From Vulcanimicrobiota bacterium (GTDB lineage Bacteria > Vulcanimicrobiota > Vulcanimicrobiia > Vulcanimicrobiales > Vulcanimicrobiaceae), in NCBI GenBank assembly GCA_963699285.1, contig OY969429.1, positions 1,018,300-1,082,299 on the forward strand: 64,000 bases of DNA. Direction: 5' to 3'. Below, in pieces: positions 48,456 to 59,388 of the stretch. The translations under genes were made by a program, and so were the position numbers. The notes below the pieces were generated by a model. It saw only the letters and a list, made by a program, of their open reading frames with translations. It was not told where the DNA came from and made no database searches. Numbering within the stretch: position 1 is the stretch's first letter; each line of letters begins with the position of its first letter.

Positions 48456-49610
48456 TTAGCGGTCTTCCCGCCAAAGCAAGACGATACCCGTGATGCCCAT
48501 GATGACGTTGGGCAGCCAAGCGGCGAGAACAGGATCTATTTGACCGTTGCGTCCGAATGCCGACGCGATCGACATTAAAATAAAATAAATAAAGAATGCG
48601 ACGACCGCGAGCGTGATGCCGAGCGTCCTTCCGCGGCTTCCGAAACGGATCGCGAGCGGCAGCGCGATGATGACGCCGATGACGCAGGCAAACGGCCAAG
48701 CCAGCCGGTTCGCAAGATTGATTTGCAGACTTCCCAGCGCACTTCCGCCCAAGCCTTGAGCCTGCATGGCGCGCACTTGCGTAGACAAGGCCTTGCTGCT
48801 CATCGTCCACGGGTCGCTGTTTAGGCTGCTCATGAATTGTGCTGCCGTTTCCGCCAGCGGCAGCCCGATCGCGATGGTGTCCACGTGCTGCTGGCTCGAC
48901 ATAAAGCCTTCTTGGTTGTAGCGCGTGTCGATGACGTCGTGCAGGTCCAGCTGCGTGCCGTCCACGTTCGCCGTTTTGGCTTGCAGCGTTTCGACCCAAG
49001 GCCCTCCGTGGCCGGGTTTGAAGATCTCGACCCCTTCCATCGTCCGGTTGTCGGGCGCGACTTGCGTTACGTAGAAGACGTTGCCGGTGTCGGGATCCTT
49101 GCGAAAGAACTGCGATTCGACCGGAAGCGAATCGGTGTGGTAAATGATTTGGTAGAACGTGCGCGTCGAAAGATCGACCGACGTCGGCTCGATGTATTCG
49201 TTCATCGCATACGTGGCCGCAAACATGAAGATGCCGAATAACATCGGCGCCAGTGCGATGCGCCAAATCGAGATACCGGCGGTCCGCATGGCCGGGATCT
49301 CGTTGTCTCCCATGAGGCGGCCGGTCGCGAGCAGCGTCGCAAAAAGGCAGGCGAAGGGGAACGCCATCGGGATGGACTGCGGGATCCGGAAGATCACGAA
49401 ACGCAGTGCCAAGAAGAACGGCGCGTGCTGGTTGATGATGTAGTCGGCGGCGAGAATGAAGATGTTCAGCGCCCAGAAGATCAGGAACGCCCCGAACGCA
49501 AAAAGGAACGGCCCGATCATCTCTCCCAGCAGATACTTGTCGAGGATATGGAGGCGCGGCACGAGGGCGCGCCGCTGCGGTAACGGCTGACGTTCGATCA
49601 GGGTCGCCAT
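48456..49610 (-). CDS. LptF/LptG family LPS export permease
   Basis: 384 aa. YjgP/YjgQ pattern: ILDKYLLGEMIGPFLF.., six TM segments with a central periplasmic domain. Confidence 0.8.
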   Translation of the reverse strand: MATLIERQPLPQRRALVPRLHILDKYLLGEMIGPFLFAFGAFLIFWALNIFILAADYIINQHAPFFLALRFVIFRIPQSIPMAFPFACLFATLLATGRLMGDNEIPAMRTAGISIWRIALAPMLFGIFMFAATYAMNEYIEPTSVDLSTRTFYQIIYHTDSLPVESQFFRKDPDTGNVFYVTQVAPDNRTMEGVEIFKPGHGGPWVETLQAKTANVDGTQLDLHDVIDTRYNQEGFMSSQQHVDTIAIGLPLAETAAQFMSSLNSDPWTMSSKALSTQVRAMQAQGLGGSALGSLQINLANRLAWPFACVIGVIIALPLAIRFGSRGRTLGITLAVVAFFIYFILMSIASAFGRNGQIDPVLAAWLPNVIMGITGIVLLWREDR

Positions 49611-49623
49611 GGCCCGGAATCGG

Positions 49624-50097
49624 CTAGTAGCTGCGGTATGCCGAAATCACGCGCGCGACGTAGGCCTGCGTTTCGGCGAACGGCGGCACGCCGCCGTAAC
49701 GGTCCACCGCGCCGGGGCCGGCATTGTACGCGGCGACGGCCAGCGTTGCGTTGCCGTGATATCGATCGAGCAGCGTCTTGAGATAGGACGAGCCGCAAGC
49801 TACGTTTTCGTTTGGATCGAAGGGATTGCTCACGCCGCACGAGCGCGCCGTCGCCGGCATGATCTGCATCAAACCTTGAGCGCCGGCGACGCTGAGCGCG
49901 GACGGGTCTCCGGCCGACTCGGCCATCAGCACGGCGCGAATCAATCCCGGCGGTACCTGGCTGCGAGCCGATGCGTCGTTGACCAGCGTGTGAATTTGCT
50001 GCGGGTCCAGGGCGTGCGGCGAATACGGCAGATAGCCCGCGCCTCCACATCCGTAGAGCAGGCCCAAGAGACCGAGAGCGGCGAGCAGCCTTTGCAT
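49624..50097 (-). CDS. lytic transglycosylase (SLT domain) lipoprotein
   Basis: Internal ATG 50097 (MQRLLAALGLLGLLYGC lipobox). Catalytic region LMAESAGDP..GAQGLMQIMP..AYNAGPG. Confidence 0.85.
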   Translation of the reverse strand: MQRLLAALGLLGLLYGCGGAGYLPYSPHALDPQQIHTLVNDASARSQVPPGLIRAVLMAESAGDPSALSVAGAQGLMQIMPATARSCGVSNPFDPNENVACGSSYLKTLLDRYHGNATLAVAAYNAGPGAVDRYGGVPPFAETQAYVARVISAYRSY

Positions 50098-50242
50098 AGC
50101 ACCTAGCAGTATAGCGAACGGGCGTACCGGAGCCCGGGACCCCGCATCCTTTGGTCGAGCGATTTTCTCCGCCGCCTCGTCACGGCCTGTGGATGAGGCC
50201 CGGGCTGAGCGGCTTTTCATCTTCGAACGCCCGTTCGGGGCG

Positions 50243-50834
50243 TCAAAGCATGTTGAGCGCTCGCGCGGCGGCGATCACGACGGTCAGCAACGAGACGCCC
50301 GCTTCGGCCATCATTAACATGCGGGCCCGCGTGGTCAGGGGCGGCGTGTCGGTCGGACTGAACGCCGTCGCCGTGGTAAACGAGACGAACAGGTAGTCCG
50401 CAAACGTCGCCGGAGCGATCTCCGGCGCCGGGGCTCTTGCTGAACTGGAACTCTCCTTCGCCCAACAGATCGTAGATGATCGCGAACGAGATGACGTTTC
50501 CGATCCAGATGAACAGTGCGGTCTTTAGTAAACGGACGGCGTTGATGCTCGCGGGCTCATAAATGGCAAGGCCCGTGATCCGGAGGAGAGAAACGGCGGC
50601 CGAGAACGCAAAGAAGATCCCCCCGATGAATAAGATCGTCCGTCGCTGCTTCGCAGATCCGAAGGCCGTCGCCGCAATCGACAGCGCGCAAAGCGCGATC
50701 AGGAACCCGCCCAAAGCTCGCGTGAACGTCGGTCCCCCAAGCGTATAGCGCTCTTTCATGACTAGAAACAGAACGAGCCCCGCTACGAGTGCGAAGCTCG
50801 GCCCCCAGTCGCGTTTCGTGGCCGTGGACGTCAT
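50243..50834 (-). pseudogene. DUF1345-like membrane protein, apparent 1-nt indel near 50420-50432
   Basis: The N-terminal TM region is in ORF 50217..50909 up to ..GEGEFQFSKSPGA. A clean continuation PEIAPATFADYLFVSFTTATAFSPTDTPPLTTRARMLMMAEAGVSLLTVVIAAARALNML* lies in another frame and ends at TGA 50243-50245. Confidence 0.6.
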
Positions 50835-50910
50835 AGGGGCAGGATTCTCCGTCGGCGCGGTGTTGCGTTCCAATGTCTTTTGGGGCAAGCGGAGAAACGG
50901 TTCCTCCAAT

Positions 50911-51249
50911 ATGAATGCGGTCGAGACGCTGTTCTACGAAGTTTCCAACGGACTCGCGCTTTGCGTTGAGGCCGGCTCGGTCATCATCATCTTCATCGCG
51001 TCCGTTCAAGCGCTCTACCTTTCGGTGATGACGGCGTTTCAGACGCGAACGTTGCACAGCAAGCGGGAGATCTGGGCGCGGTACGCCGTCTGGCTGCTGC
51101 TCGGTCTCGAGTTTTTGCTCGCGTCGGACATCATCCGTACCGCGATCTCCCCAACCTGGAGCGACATCGGCCAGCTCGCGGCGGTGGCCGTCATCCGCAC
51201 CTTCCTGAACTACTTCCTAACCAAAGATATCGAGACGATCGGCTCTTAG
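50911..51249 (+). CDS. small membrane protein (DUF1622-like)
   Basis: Internal ATG 50911 of ORF 50758..51249 (MNAVETLFYEV..). ..LEFLLASDIIRT..AVAVIRTFLNYFL.. It is divergent from the DUF1345 gene. Confidence 0.55.
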   Translation: MNAVETLFYEVSNGLALCVEAGSVIIIFIASVQALYLSVMTAFQTRTLHSKREIWARYAVWLLLGLEFLLASDIIRTAISPTWSDIGQLAAVAVIRTFLNYFLTKDIETIGS

Positions 51250-51308
51250 GAGTGCCGACGGACCGAAGCGGTCCCTCCCGCGCGGCTCTTCCACGAACAT
51301 ACGTTCGT

Positions 51309-51337
51309 TTGCCTGAGGCTTCCCTGGGGCGTATAGT
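51309..51337 (+). promoter_or_regulatory. sigma70-type promoter of the dcw operon
   Basis: TTGCCT (51309-51314), a 17-nt spacer, then TATAGT (51332-51337), ~40 nt upstream of mraZ. Confidence 0.6.
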
Positions 51338-51371
51338 GGTGTGAAGTGGTGCAAAGTGGTGCCAATGGGAG
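51335..51371 (+). promoter_or_regulatory. MraZ operator: direct repeats with 10-bp period
   Basis: AGTGGTG at 51335, 51345 and 51355, plus a degenerate ATGGGAG at 51365. The array overlaps the -10 element and the SD GGGAGGG. Confidence 0.65.
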
Positions 51372-51377
51372 GGCTTT

Positions 51378-51821
51378 GTGCACGCGGATCTTCCGCGCTT
51401 TTTGGGTTCGGCCGAGCATGCTCTTGATGACAAGGGCCGGCTCATCGTGCCCGCACGGTTCCGCGAACGCCTCGGACCCGGCTTCGTGATCACCATCGCT
51501 CCGCCCGAGCCTTGCCTTGCCTTATACCCTACCGTTACGTGGGGGGAGTTTTGTGCGAGGCTGGAGTCCGCTCCGCGTAAGGACGAGCGCTTTCGCCGTT
51601 TGGTGCGCCACTTGTTTGCCAACACCGAAGAAGTTGCGTGCGACGCGCAAGGCCGTTTGCTCGTTCCCGCTTCGCTGCGCCAGTACGCCGGAATCGAGCG
51701 GGACGTCGTATCGGTCGGTTCGCTCACGCGAGTGGAGATCTGGGCGAAAGACCGCTATCCGGCGCACGCCGCGCCGGAAGGCGAGGTCGCGGAGTTCATC
51801 GCGGACCTCGGTCTGTTGTGA
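51378..51821 (+). CDS. mraZ: transcriptional regulator MraZ
   Basis: 147 aa. Two SpoVT-AbrB halves with DDKGRLIVPARFR and DAQGRLLVPASLR. GTG start. Confidence 0.95.
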   Translation: MHADLPRFLGSAEHALDDKGRLIVPARFRERLGPGFVITIAPPEPCLALYPTVTWGEFCARLESAPRKDERFRRLVRHLFANTEEVACDAQGRLLVPASLRQYAGIERDVVSVGSLTRVEIWAKDRYPAHAAPEGEVAEFIADLGLL

Positions 51822-51836
51822 TGTGGTGTTGCTTCC

Positions 51837-52712
51837 TTGAGTCACGTCTCGGTGCTGTTGAAGCCGGCGCTGGATTACTTGGCGATCCGCGCCGATGGGG
51901 TCTACGTCGATGCGACCTTTGGTGCGGGCGGTCACACGCAAGCGATCCTGGAGCGCATCTCGACGGCGGGTCGCGTCATCGCCCTGGATTCCGATCCGAC
52001 GGCGGCGGATCGAGCGCGAGCGCTGGCGTCGCCGCAATTGACCTTCGTGAACGCCAACTTCCGTCAACTCGCGGAAGTACTCGACGAGCTCCGGGTGGCG
52101 CTGGTGGACGGCGTGCTCTTCGATTTGGGGGTATCTTCGATGCAATTCGATGAAGCGTATCGCGGCTTTTCGCTGTCGAAAGACGGCCCGCTCGACATGC
52201 GCATGAACCCCTACGTGGGAAAGAGTGCATACGAAGTCCTAGCGGGCGCCAGCGAGCGCGAGCTCGCCGACATCTTTTTTACGTTCGGCGAAGAACGCTC
52301 GGCGCGGCGCATCGCGCGGTCGATCGTCGAGCGCCGCTCGATCGGCGCCTTGCCCACGACGACGACGGACTTTGCCAAACTCGTAGCGGGCGCCGTGCAT
52401 CGTCCCGGCTATCGCGAACGCATCCATCCGGCGACGCGGGTTTTTCAGGCGCTGCGAATTGCGGTGAACGACGAGCTCGACGCGCTGCGCGACGGTCTCG
52501 ATTCTGCCGTCGGGCGGCTGTGCGGCGCGGGCCGCGTCGTCGCGATCAGCTTTCATTCGCTCGAAGATCGGATCGTGAAGCGGAAATTTCGCGAGGATTC
52601 GCGGCTGAACGTACTGACGAAGAAACCGGTCACGCCCGACGAAAACGAGTGCGACGAGAATCCCCGCGCCCGTAGCGCGAAAATGCGTGCTGCGGAACGG
52701 AAGACCGGATGA
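51837..52712 (+). CDS. rsmH: 16S rRNA (cytosine1402-N4)-methyltransferase
   Basis: 291 aa. HVSVLL.., DATFGAGGH, FDLGVSS.Q.D, SFHSLEDR. TTG start. Confidence 0.95.
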   Translation: MSHVSVLLKPALDYLAIRADGVYVDATFGAGGHTQAILERISTAGRVIALDSDPTAADRARALASPQLTFVNANFRQLAEVLDELRVALVDGVLFDLGVSSMQFDEAYRGFSLSKDGPLDMRMNPYVGKSAYEVLAGASERELADIFFTFGEERSARRIARSIVERRSIGALPTTTTDFAKLVAGAVHRPGYRERIHPATRVFQALRIAVNDELDALRDGLDSAVGRLCGAGRVVAISFHSLEDRIVKRKFREDSRLNVLTKKPVTPDENECDENPRARSAKMRAAERKTG

Positions 52713-53122
52713 TGGTCCAGCGAGAGTACGTCGAGCGCCGGCATCAGCGCATCGACAATCCGCGCCGCGCAAAGTCGGCGGCCCAGCGCCGGGTCGTTCG
52801 GAGCGTGCGCGGACGTTACGCCGGCATCGTTCAAGTATCGTGTACGCTCGCCATCGTTTCGGCGATGCTGCTCGGCTACGTCATGCTGACCTCGAACTTG
52901 ACGGGGCTCACCTACGCCGTCACCCGCGCTCACGTTCAACGCGAAGCGCTATTGGAAGAAACGGCTCGACTCGACGACCGGCTCGAAGTACTCAGTTCGG
53001 ACCGCCGGCTCGCGGCGATCGCCGCCAAACTCGGCATGAAGGATCCGCAGCGCTTCGTCGTGATCGCGCCGCCGGCCGCCGAGTCGATTACGCCCCATCT
53101 CGCACTCCTGACTTCGCACTAG
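52709..53122 (+). CDS. ftsL: cell division protein FtsL-like (single-pass, coiled coil)
   Basis: 137 aa. Basic N-terminus, TM segment VSCTLAIVSAMLLGYVMLTS, then a coiled-coil stretch. The position between rsmH and ftsI supports the call, as does the ATGA overlap with rsmH. Confidence 0.7.
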   Translation: MMVQREYVERRHQRIDNPRRAKSAAQRRVVRSVRGRYAGIVQVSCTLAIVSAMLLGYVMLTSNLTGLTYAVTRAHVQREALLEETARLDDRLEVLSSDRRLAAIAAKLGMKDPQRFVVIAPPAAESITPHLALLTSH

Positions 53123-53143
53123 CCCGGGCGGAGCGGGAGGAAG

Positions 53144-54894
53144 ATGCATAACAGAACGTTCGCGCGCGTCGGTCCGATGCGCGCGAAGACGTTCTTCTAC
53201 ATCTGCGCTACCATCGCGCTGTTCTTGGTTTGGCGACTGTACTTCGTGCAGGTCGTGCGCGGCCCGGTGCTGGCGCGCGAAGCCCTGGCGCAACGCTCCG
53301 ACACGGTCGAAGTATTCGCGCGGCGTGGCAGCATCTTGGATCGGGGGGGTGACGTGCTCGTCCGGTCGCTGCCTTCGCAGAGCGCGTTCGTCGTTCCGCA
53401 CGACGTCGTGGATCCCGACGCCACCGTCGCGAAGCTCGAAACGATCTTCGGGAAGCTCGACCCGGCGCTGGTGGCGACCGTCCACGACCGTCACGTCTGG
53501 TTTGCGTGGATCGCGCGGAAGATTCCCAACGAAACGGCGACGCGCCTGGCGGCGCTGAACCTGGCCGGCGTCGAACTGGAACAGGAAGACAGCGGCAGGC
53601 GCGTGGACGCAGCCGGAACGACCGCGTCGACGGTTCTCGGTTTCGTCGGTACCGACGAGAACGGATTGGACGGGGCCGAGTATGCGTTCGACGACTTGTT
53701 ACGCGGACGGTCGGGAAAGGTAACGCTGGAGGCCGACGAGTTCGGGCGCCCGATTCCTTTCGGCAAAGAGAGCGTCGTCGTTCCGGCCGACCCGGGCCTG
53801 GATTTGGTGCTGACGATCGATTCGTACCTGCAATTCGTAGCCGAGCAAGCGCTGCAGGAGCAGGTGTCGAAGTTTCACGCTCTCGACGGGACGGCCATCG
53901 TTATGGATCCGTGGACCGGCGAAATACTTGCGATGGCCAATGCTCCCGATTTCGATCCAAATCGTTTCTCCGCGTTCGACGACTCGCACCGGCGCGATCG
54001 CGCGGTGATGGATGCATACGAGCCCGGCTCGACCTATAAATTGCTCACGGTCGCAGCGGGTCTTGAGTCTGGGAAAATCACGGCTTCGTCGCGCTTCCCG
54101 GCGCGCGACGAAATACAAATCGGCGGCCGCACGATACATAACGCCGAAGACGGCTTCATGGCCAACCAAGGCGGCAGCGAAACGGTCGAGCAGATCGTCC
54201 AATACTCCCACAACGTCGGCGCCGCCGAGATCGGACTTTCGCTCGGCCCGAAAACGTTCTTCGATATGGAGCGCAAGGCCGGGTTCGGCGACCCGACCGA
54301 AGTTGGGCTGCCGGGCGAAAATCCGGGCATCGTCCCGCCGCCTGCGGAGTGGAGCGACTCGTCGCTCGCCACCATGTCGTTCGGGCAGGGCGTTTCGGTG
54401 ACGCCGATCGCGATGGCGCGCTTCTACTGTGCGATCGCGAACGGTGGGATTTCCATGCGGCCGCGAATCTTGCACGCGATCCAGAGCCCCGACGGCCGCA
54501 CGCTCTACACGTACGGTCCGGAGGTCGAGCGGCGCGTCTTCTCCGAGCGAACGGCAGCGACGTTACGCGGTTTCTTGCGTCAGGTCGTGCTCGCCGGCAC
54601 CGGCGATCCCACCGCGCAGATCGCCGGCTATTCGACCGCCGGCAAGACCGGTACCGCGCAGATGGTGGTCGACGGCCAGTACCGGGCCGGATCGTATGCG
54701 GCGTCGTTTATCGGGATGGTGCCTTACGAACGTCCGCGCTACGTTATCTACGTGAAAGTCGAACGGCCGATCGGGTCCTACTACGGCAGCGTCGTCGCGG
54801 CGCCGGCATTTGCCAAGATCGCGCGCGCGGCGATGCTCTACGCGGGCGTGCTTCCCCAGTATACGCCGCCGCCGCGCACTCCGGGCGCGGCGCG

Positions 54895-54898
<4 letters not shown>
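53144..54898 (+). CDS. ftsI: penicillin-binding protein, class B transpeptidase (FtsI/PBP3-like)
   Basis: 584 aa. TM anchor, then SxxK = STYK, SxN = SHN, KTG = KTGT. GGGAGGAAG precedes the ATG. Confidence 0.9.
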
Positions 54899-56354
<1,456 letters not shown>

Positions 56355-56358
<4 letters not shown>

Positions 56359-57734
56359 GGCTGCCGTTCGAAGACGCGGTCGAGAGGTTGCGCGCGACCG
56401 TGCTGCGCCCGGAGTTGGCTCCGGCTTTTTTGCGCGTCGTCACCGATACGCGCTCGTTGCAGTCCGGTGACGCATTTCTGGCCCTTCGCGGCGATCGTTT
56501 CGACGGCCATGCGTTTACGAGCGAGGCCGTCCGGCGGGGAGCCGTGGCGCTCGTCGTCGAGCGCGCCGAAGCGGCCGCCGGCGACGTTACGGCGCTGGTC
56601 GTACGCGATTCGCTGCAGGCCTACATGCAGCTCGCGGGCCTCGCCCGCTCGCGCTTTAGCGGAGAGGTGCTCGGCATTACGGGCAGCGCCGGCAAGACGA
56701 CGACGAAAGCTTTCGCCGCGCAGCTGCTGCAGCCGCGCTTCGGCGACCGGGTACTCGCGGCGCCCGCCAACGAGAACAACGAAATCGGCGTCAGCAAGCT
56801 GTTGCTCGCGGCCGACGACGAGAACCACAGTGCGCTCGTCGTCGAGATGGGCGCGCGCAAGTACGGCGACGTCGCCGCTCTGGTGGAGATCGCTCGTCCG
56901 GACGTCGGCGTGCTGACGAACGTCGGTGACGCGCATCTCGAGATCGTGGGAACGCGCGAGCGCCTGGAAGAGACGAAATGGGCTCTGTTCGGACGAGGCG
57001 CGCGCGCGGTGCTGAACATCGACGATGCTGCGTCGGTGCGGCGTGCGCCGGAGTTGCCCGAGCCGCCGCACTGGTTCTTCGCCGGCGGTCCGGACGACGA
57101 TCCGCCCGCGACCGGGAACGTCACCGCACTGCTCGGAACGCGTTTGCTCGTGGACGTTGCCGGCGGCGCATCGCAGCGGGCTGCGGTCGACGTTCGCGTG
57201 CCGGGCGCGCATAACCGTGCGAATGCCGCCGCAGCCGCGGCCGCCGCGCTCGAGCTCGGCGTACCGTTTGCCGCCGTGGCGCTCGCGCTTTCGGATTTGC
57301 AGATGCCCGAAGGCCGCTACGAGAAGACGACGCTTCCCTCCGGTGCCACGGCGATCTACGATGCGTACAACGCGAATGCGGCGGGCACGATCGCAGCGCT
57401 CGACGCGTTCGCGCAGGAGCCCGCGCGGCGGCGAATCGCCGTGCTAGCCAGCATGGCGGAACTCGGTTCCGAGGCCGCCGCGCTGCACGAACGCGTCGGC
57501 GCGCGCGTGGCGGAACGTTCGATCGACGTGCTGCTCGTCGGCGGAGATTTCGCCGAGCGGCTCGCGAGCGGGGCGCGCGAAGCCGGTCTGTCCTCAGAAC
57601 GAATCGTGCACTTTGCAACGAACTCGGACGCCTCGTCGTGGTTGCGCGAAAACGGACGCGAAGGCGACGTCATTCTCCTCAAGGGATCGCGAAAATACAA
57701 ACTCGAGGAAGTACTCGAAGGAATGCGGTCGTGA
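56355..57734 (+). CDS. murF: UDP-N-acetylmuramoyl-tripeptide--D-alanyl-D-alanine ligase
   Basis: 459 aa. GITGSAGKTTTK. GTGA overlap with murE. Confidence 0.9.
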
Positions 57735-58435
57735 AAGGACGCCTAACCGTAACGCGCCCGGAGGTTCCGGCGGGTTTGGTCGCGATTCCGGTGCGGACGC
57801 GCCTGGTGCGCGGCGGCGATGATTTGCCCGCGGTCGTCGGCGAAGCGGTTCGCGGTATCGCAGGCCCCGGCGACGTCGTCGCAATCTCGGAAACGGCCGT
57901 TGCAATCGCTCAAGGCCAGTTCGTCGCGGCCGAGTTCGTGCGCCCGTCCAAACTCGCGTACGCGCTTTCGCGGCGCGCCGGCGCGCTCGCAACGGTGAGC
58001 CAGCCCGAGTCGCTCCAGCTGGTCATCGACGACGCGGGAGCGTTGAAGGTCGTCTACGCCGCGGCGATGCACGCGATCGGGCGTTTGAGCGGGAAGCGAG
58101 GCGCGTTCTACGAGATATTGGGGGAGTCCATCACCGCGATCGACGGATACACCGGAACGCTTCCACCGTACGAACGTGCCATCGTGCTCGCCCCGCGCGA
58201 CCCCGACGCGTTCGCGCGGGCGGTTTTCGAGCGCACCGGCGTAGCCTGCGCGATCGTGGACGTCAACGATCTGGAGAAAGCCAAAGTACTCGGCGCGTCC
58301 GAGGGCGTCGCGCGCGCGTGCGTGGCCAACGCCCTGCTCGACAATCCGCACGGCAACGGCGACGAGCAGACACCGATCGTGGTGCTCAAATGGCGCGGGC
58401 GCGGCCGGAATCCGCTCTCGGAACCCGTCGCGTGA
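57731..58435 (+). CDS. CofE / F420-0:gamma-glutamyl ligase-fold protein embedded in the dcw cluster
   Basis: GTG 57731 inside ORF 57638..58435. GTGA overlaps with both murF and mraY. Segments GDDLPAVVGEAV..GDVVAISETAVAIAQGQ, ACAIVDVNDL..VLGASEG and LLDNPHGNGDEQTPIVVLK resemble PF01996. Confidence 0.6.
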   Translation: MKGRLTVTRPEVPAGLVAIPVRTRLVRGGDDLPAVVGEAVRGIAGPGDVVAISETAVAIAQGQFVAAEFVRPSKLAYALSRRAGALATVSQPESLQLVIDDAGALKVVYAAAMHAIGRLSGKRGAFYEILGESITAIDGYTGTLPPYERAIVLAPRDPDAFARAVFERTGVACAIVDVNDLEKAKVLGASEGVARACVANALLDNPHGNGDEQTPIVVLKWRGRGRNPLSEPVA

Positions 58436-59388
58436 CGGTCTGGTGGGCGTCGCTGCTGTTCGGTTTCGTTGCCGCGGCTGTGGCCGGCGCGCTTGCGTTG
58501 GCGGCGCTGCGGGGCCTGAAAATCGGTCAGCACGCCTACGAAGACGCTCCGCAAACGCACCAGAAGAAAACGGGAACGCCGACGATGGGCGGCGTCGTCT
58601 TCATCGTAGCGCTCTTGCCGCTGGCGTTTCGCCCGGACCTGCCGCTCGCGATGCAAACGTTTTTCGTGGTGGCTGCCTGCGGTGCGATCGGTTTTTGCGA
58701 CGACTTCCTTTCGATCCGGCGCGGAAAGAACCAAGGCTTGCGCGCGCGCACGAAGTTTTTGGCGAGCGCGCTGGTGTCGGTTCTCTTCCTGCGTCTGTGT
58801 TCCGATTCGACGGCAATCTTTCCGCGCGACGTGCTCTTTCACGCCGGTACGATGACGGTCGTCGCACCGCACTGGCTTTGGTTGCTGCTCGGCATATGTG
58901 CGATCACCGGTACGATCCACGCCGTCAATCTTACCGACGGGCTCGACGGCCTGGCCACCGGCACGGCGATTCCGCCGCTCGCCGTGCTGGCGTACGCGGC
59001 TCGAAATTCGGGCGTCCCCGTTCCGGAGGAAGCGGCCCTGCTAGGTGTGGGCGCGTGCTTTGGATTCTTGATCTACAATCGTTACCCGGCCAAGATGTTC
59101 ATGGGCGACACCGGCTCGCTCGCCCTCGGCGCGCTACTCGCGAGCGTCGCCATTCTATCGGGTCAAATGCTGTTGCTGATCCTCGTGGGCGGCGTCTTCG
59201 TCGCCGAAACGCTCTCGGTAATCCTTCAGGTCGCATACTTCAAGAGCAGCGGCGGCAAGCGGATCTTTCGCATGAGCCCTTTACACCACCACTTCGAGCT
59301 CGGCGGCTGGCCCGAGACGAAGGTGACGGGGGCGTTTTGGGCCGCATCGCTGGGCTGTTCGCTGCTCGGACTGGCGCTGGTGCGATGA
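58432..59388 (+). CDS. mraY: phospho-N-acetylmuramoyl-pentapeptide transferase
   Basis: GTG 58432 inside ORF 58318..59388. ..KKTGTPTMGG.., NLTDGLDGLA, MGDTGSLALG, SPLHHHFELGGW. Confidence 0.95.
   Translation: MTVWWASLLFGFVAAAVAGALALAALRGLKIGQHAYEDAPQTHQKKTGTPTMGGVVFIVALLPLAFRPDLPLAMQTFFVVAACGAIGFCDDFLSIRRGKNQGLRARTKFLASALVSVLFLRLCSDSTAIFPRDVLFHAGTMTVVAPHWLWLLLGICAITGTIHAVNLTDGLDGLATGTAIPPLAVLAYAARNSGVPVPEEAALLGVGACFGFLIYNRYPAKMFMGDTGSLALGALLASVAILSGQMLLLILVGGVFVAETLSVILQVAYFKSSGGKRIFRMSPLHHHFELGGWPETKVTGAFWAASLGCSLLGLALVR

Noticed and set aside
51260-51274. Hairpin GGACCG-aag-CGGTCC after the DUF1622-like gene as a terminator.
   Set aside because: The stem is 6 bp with a 3-nt loop and no U-tail. 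It lies just upstream of the dcw promoter, so it is plausible but unsupported.
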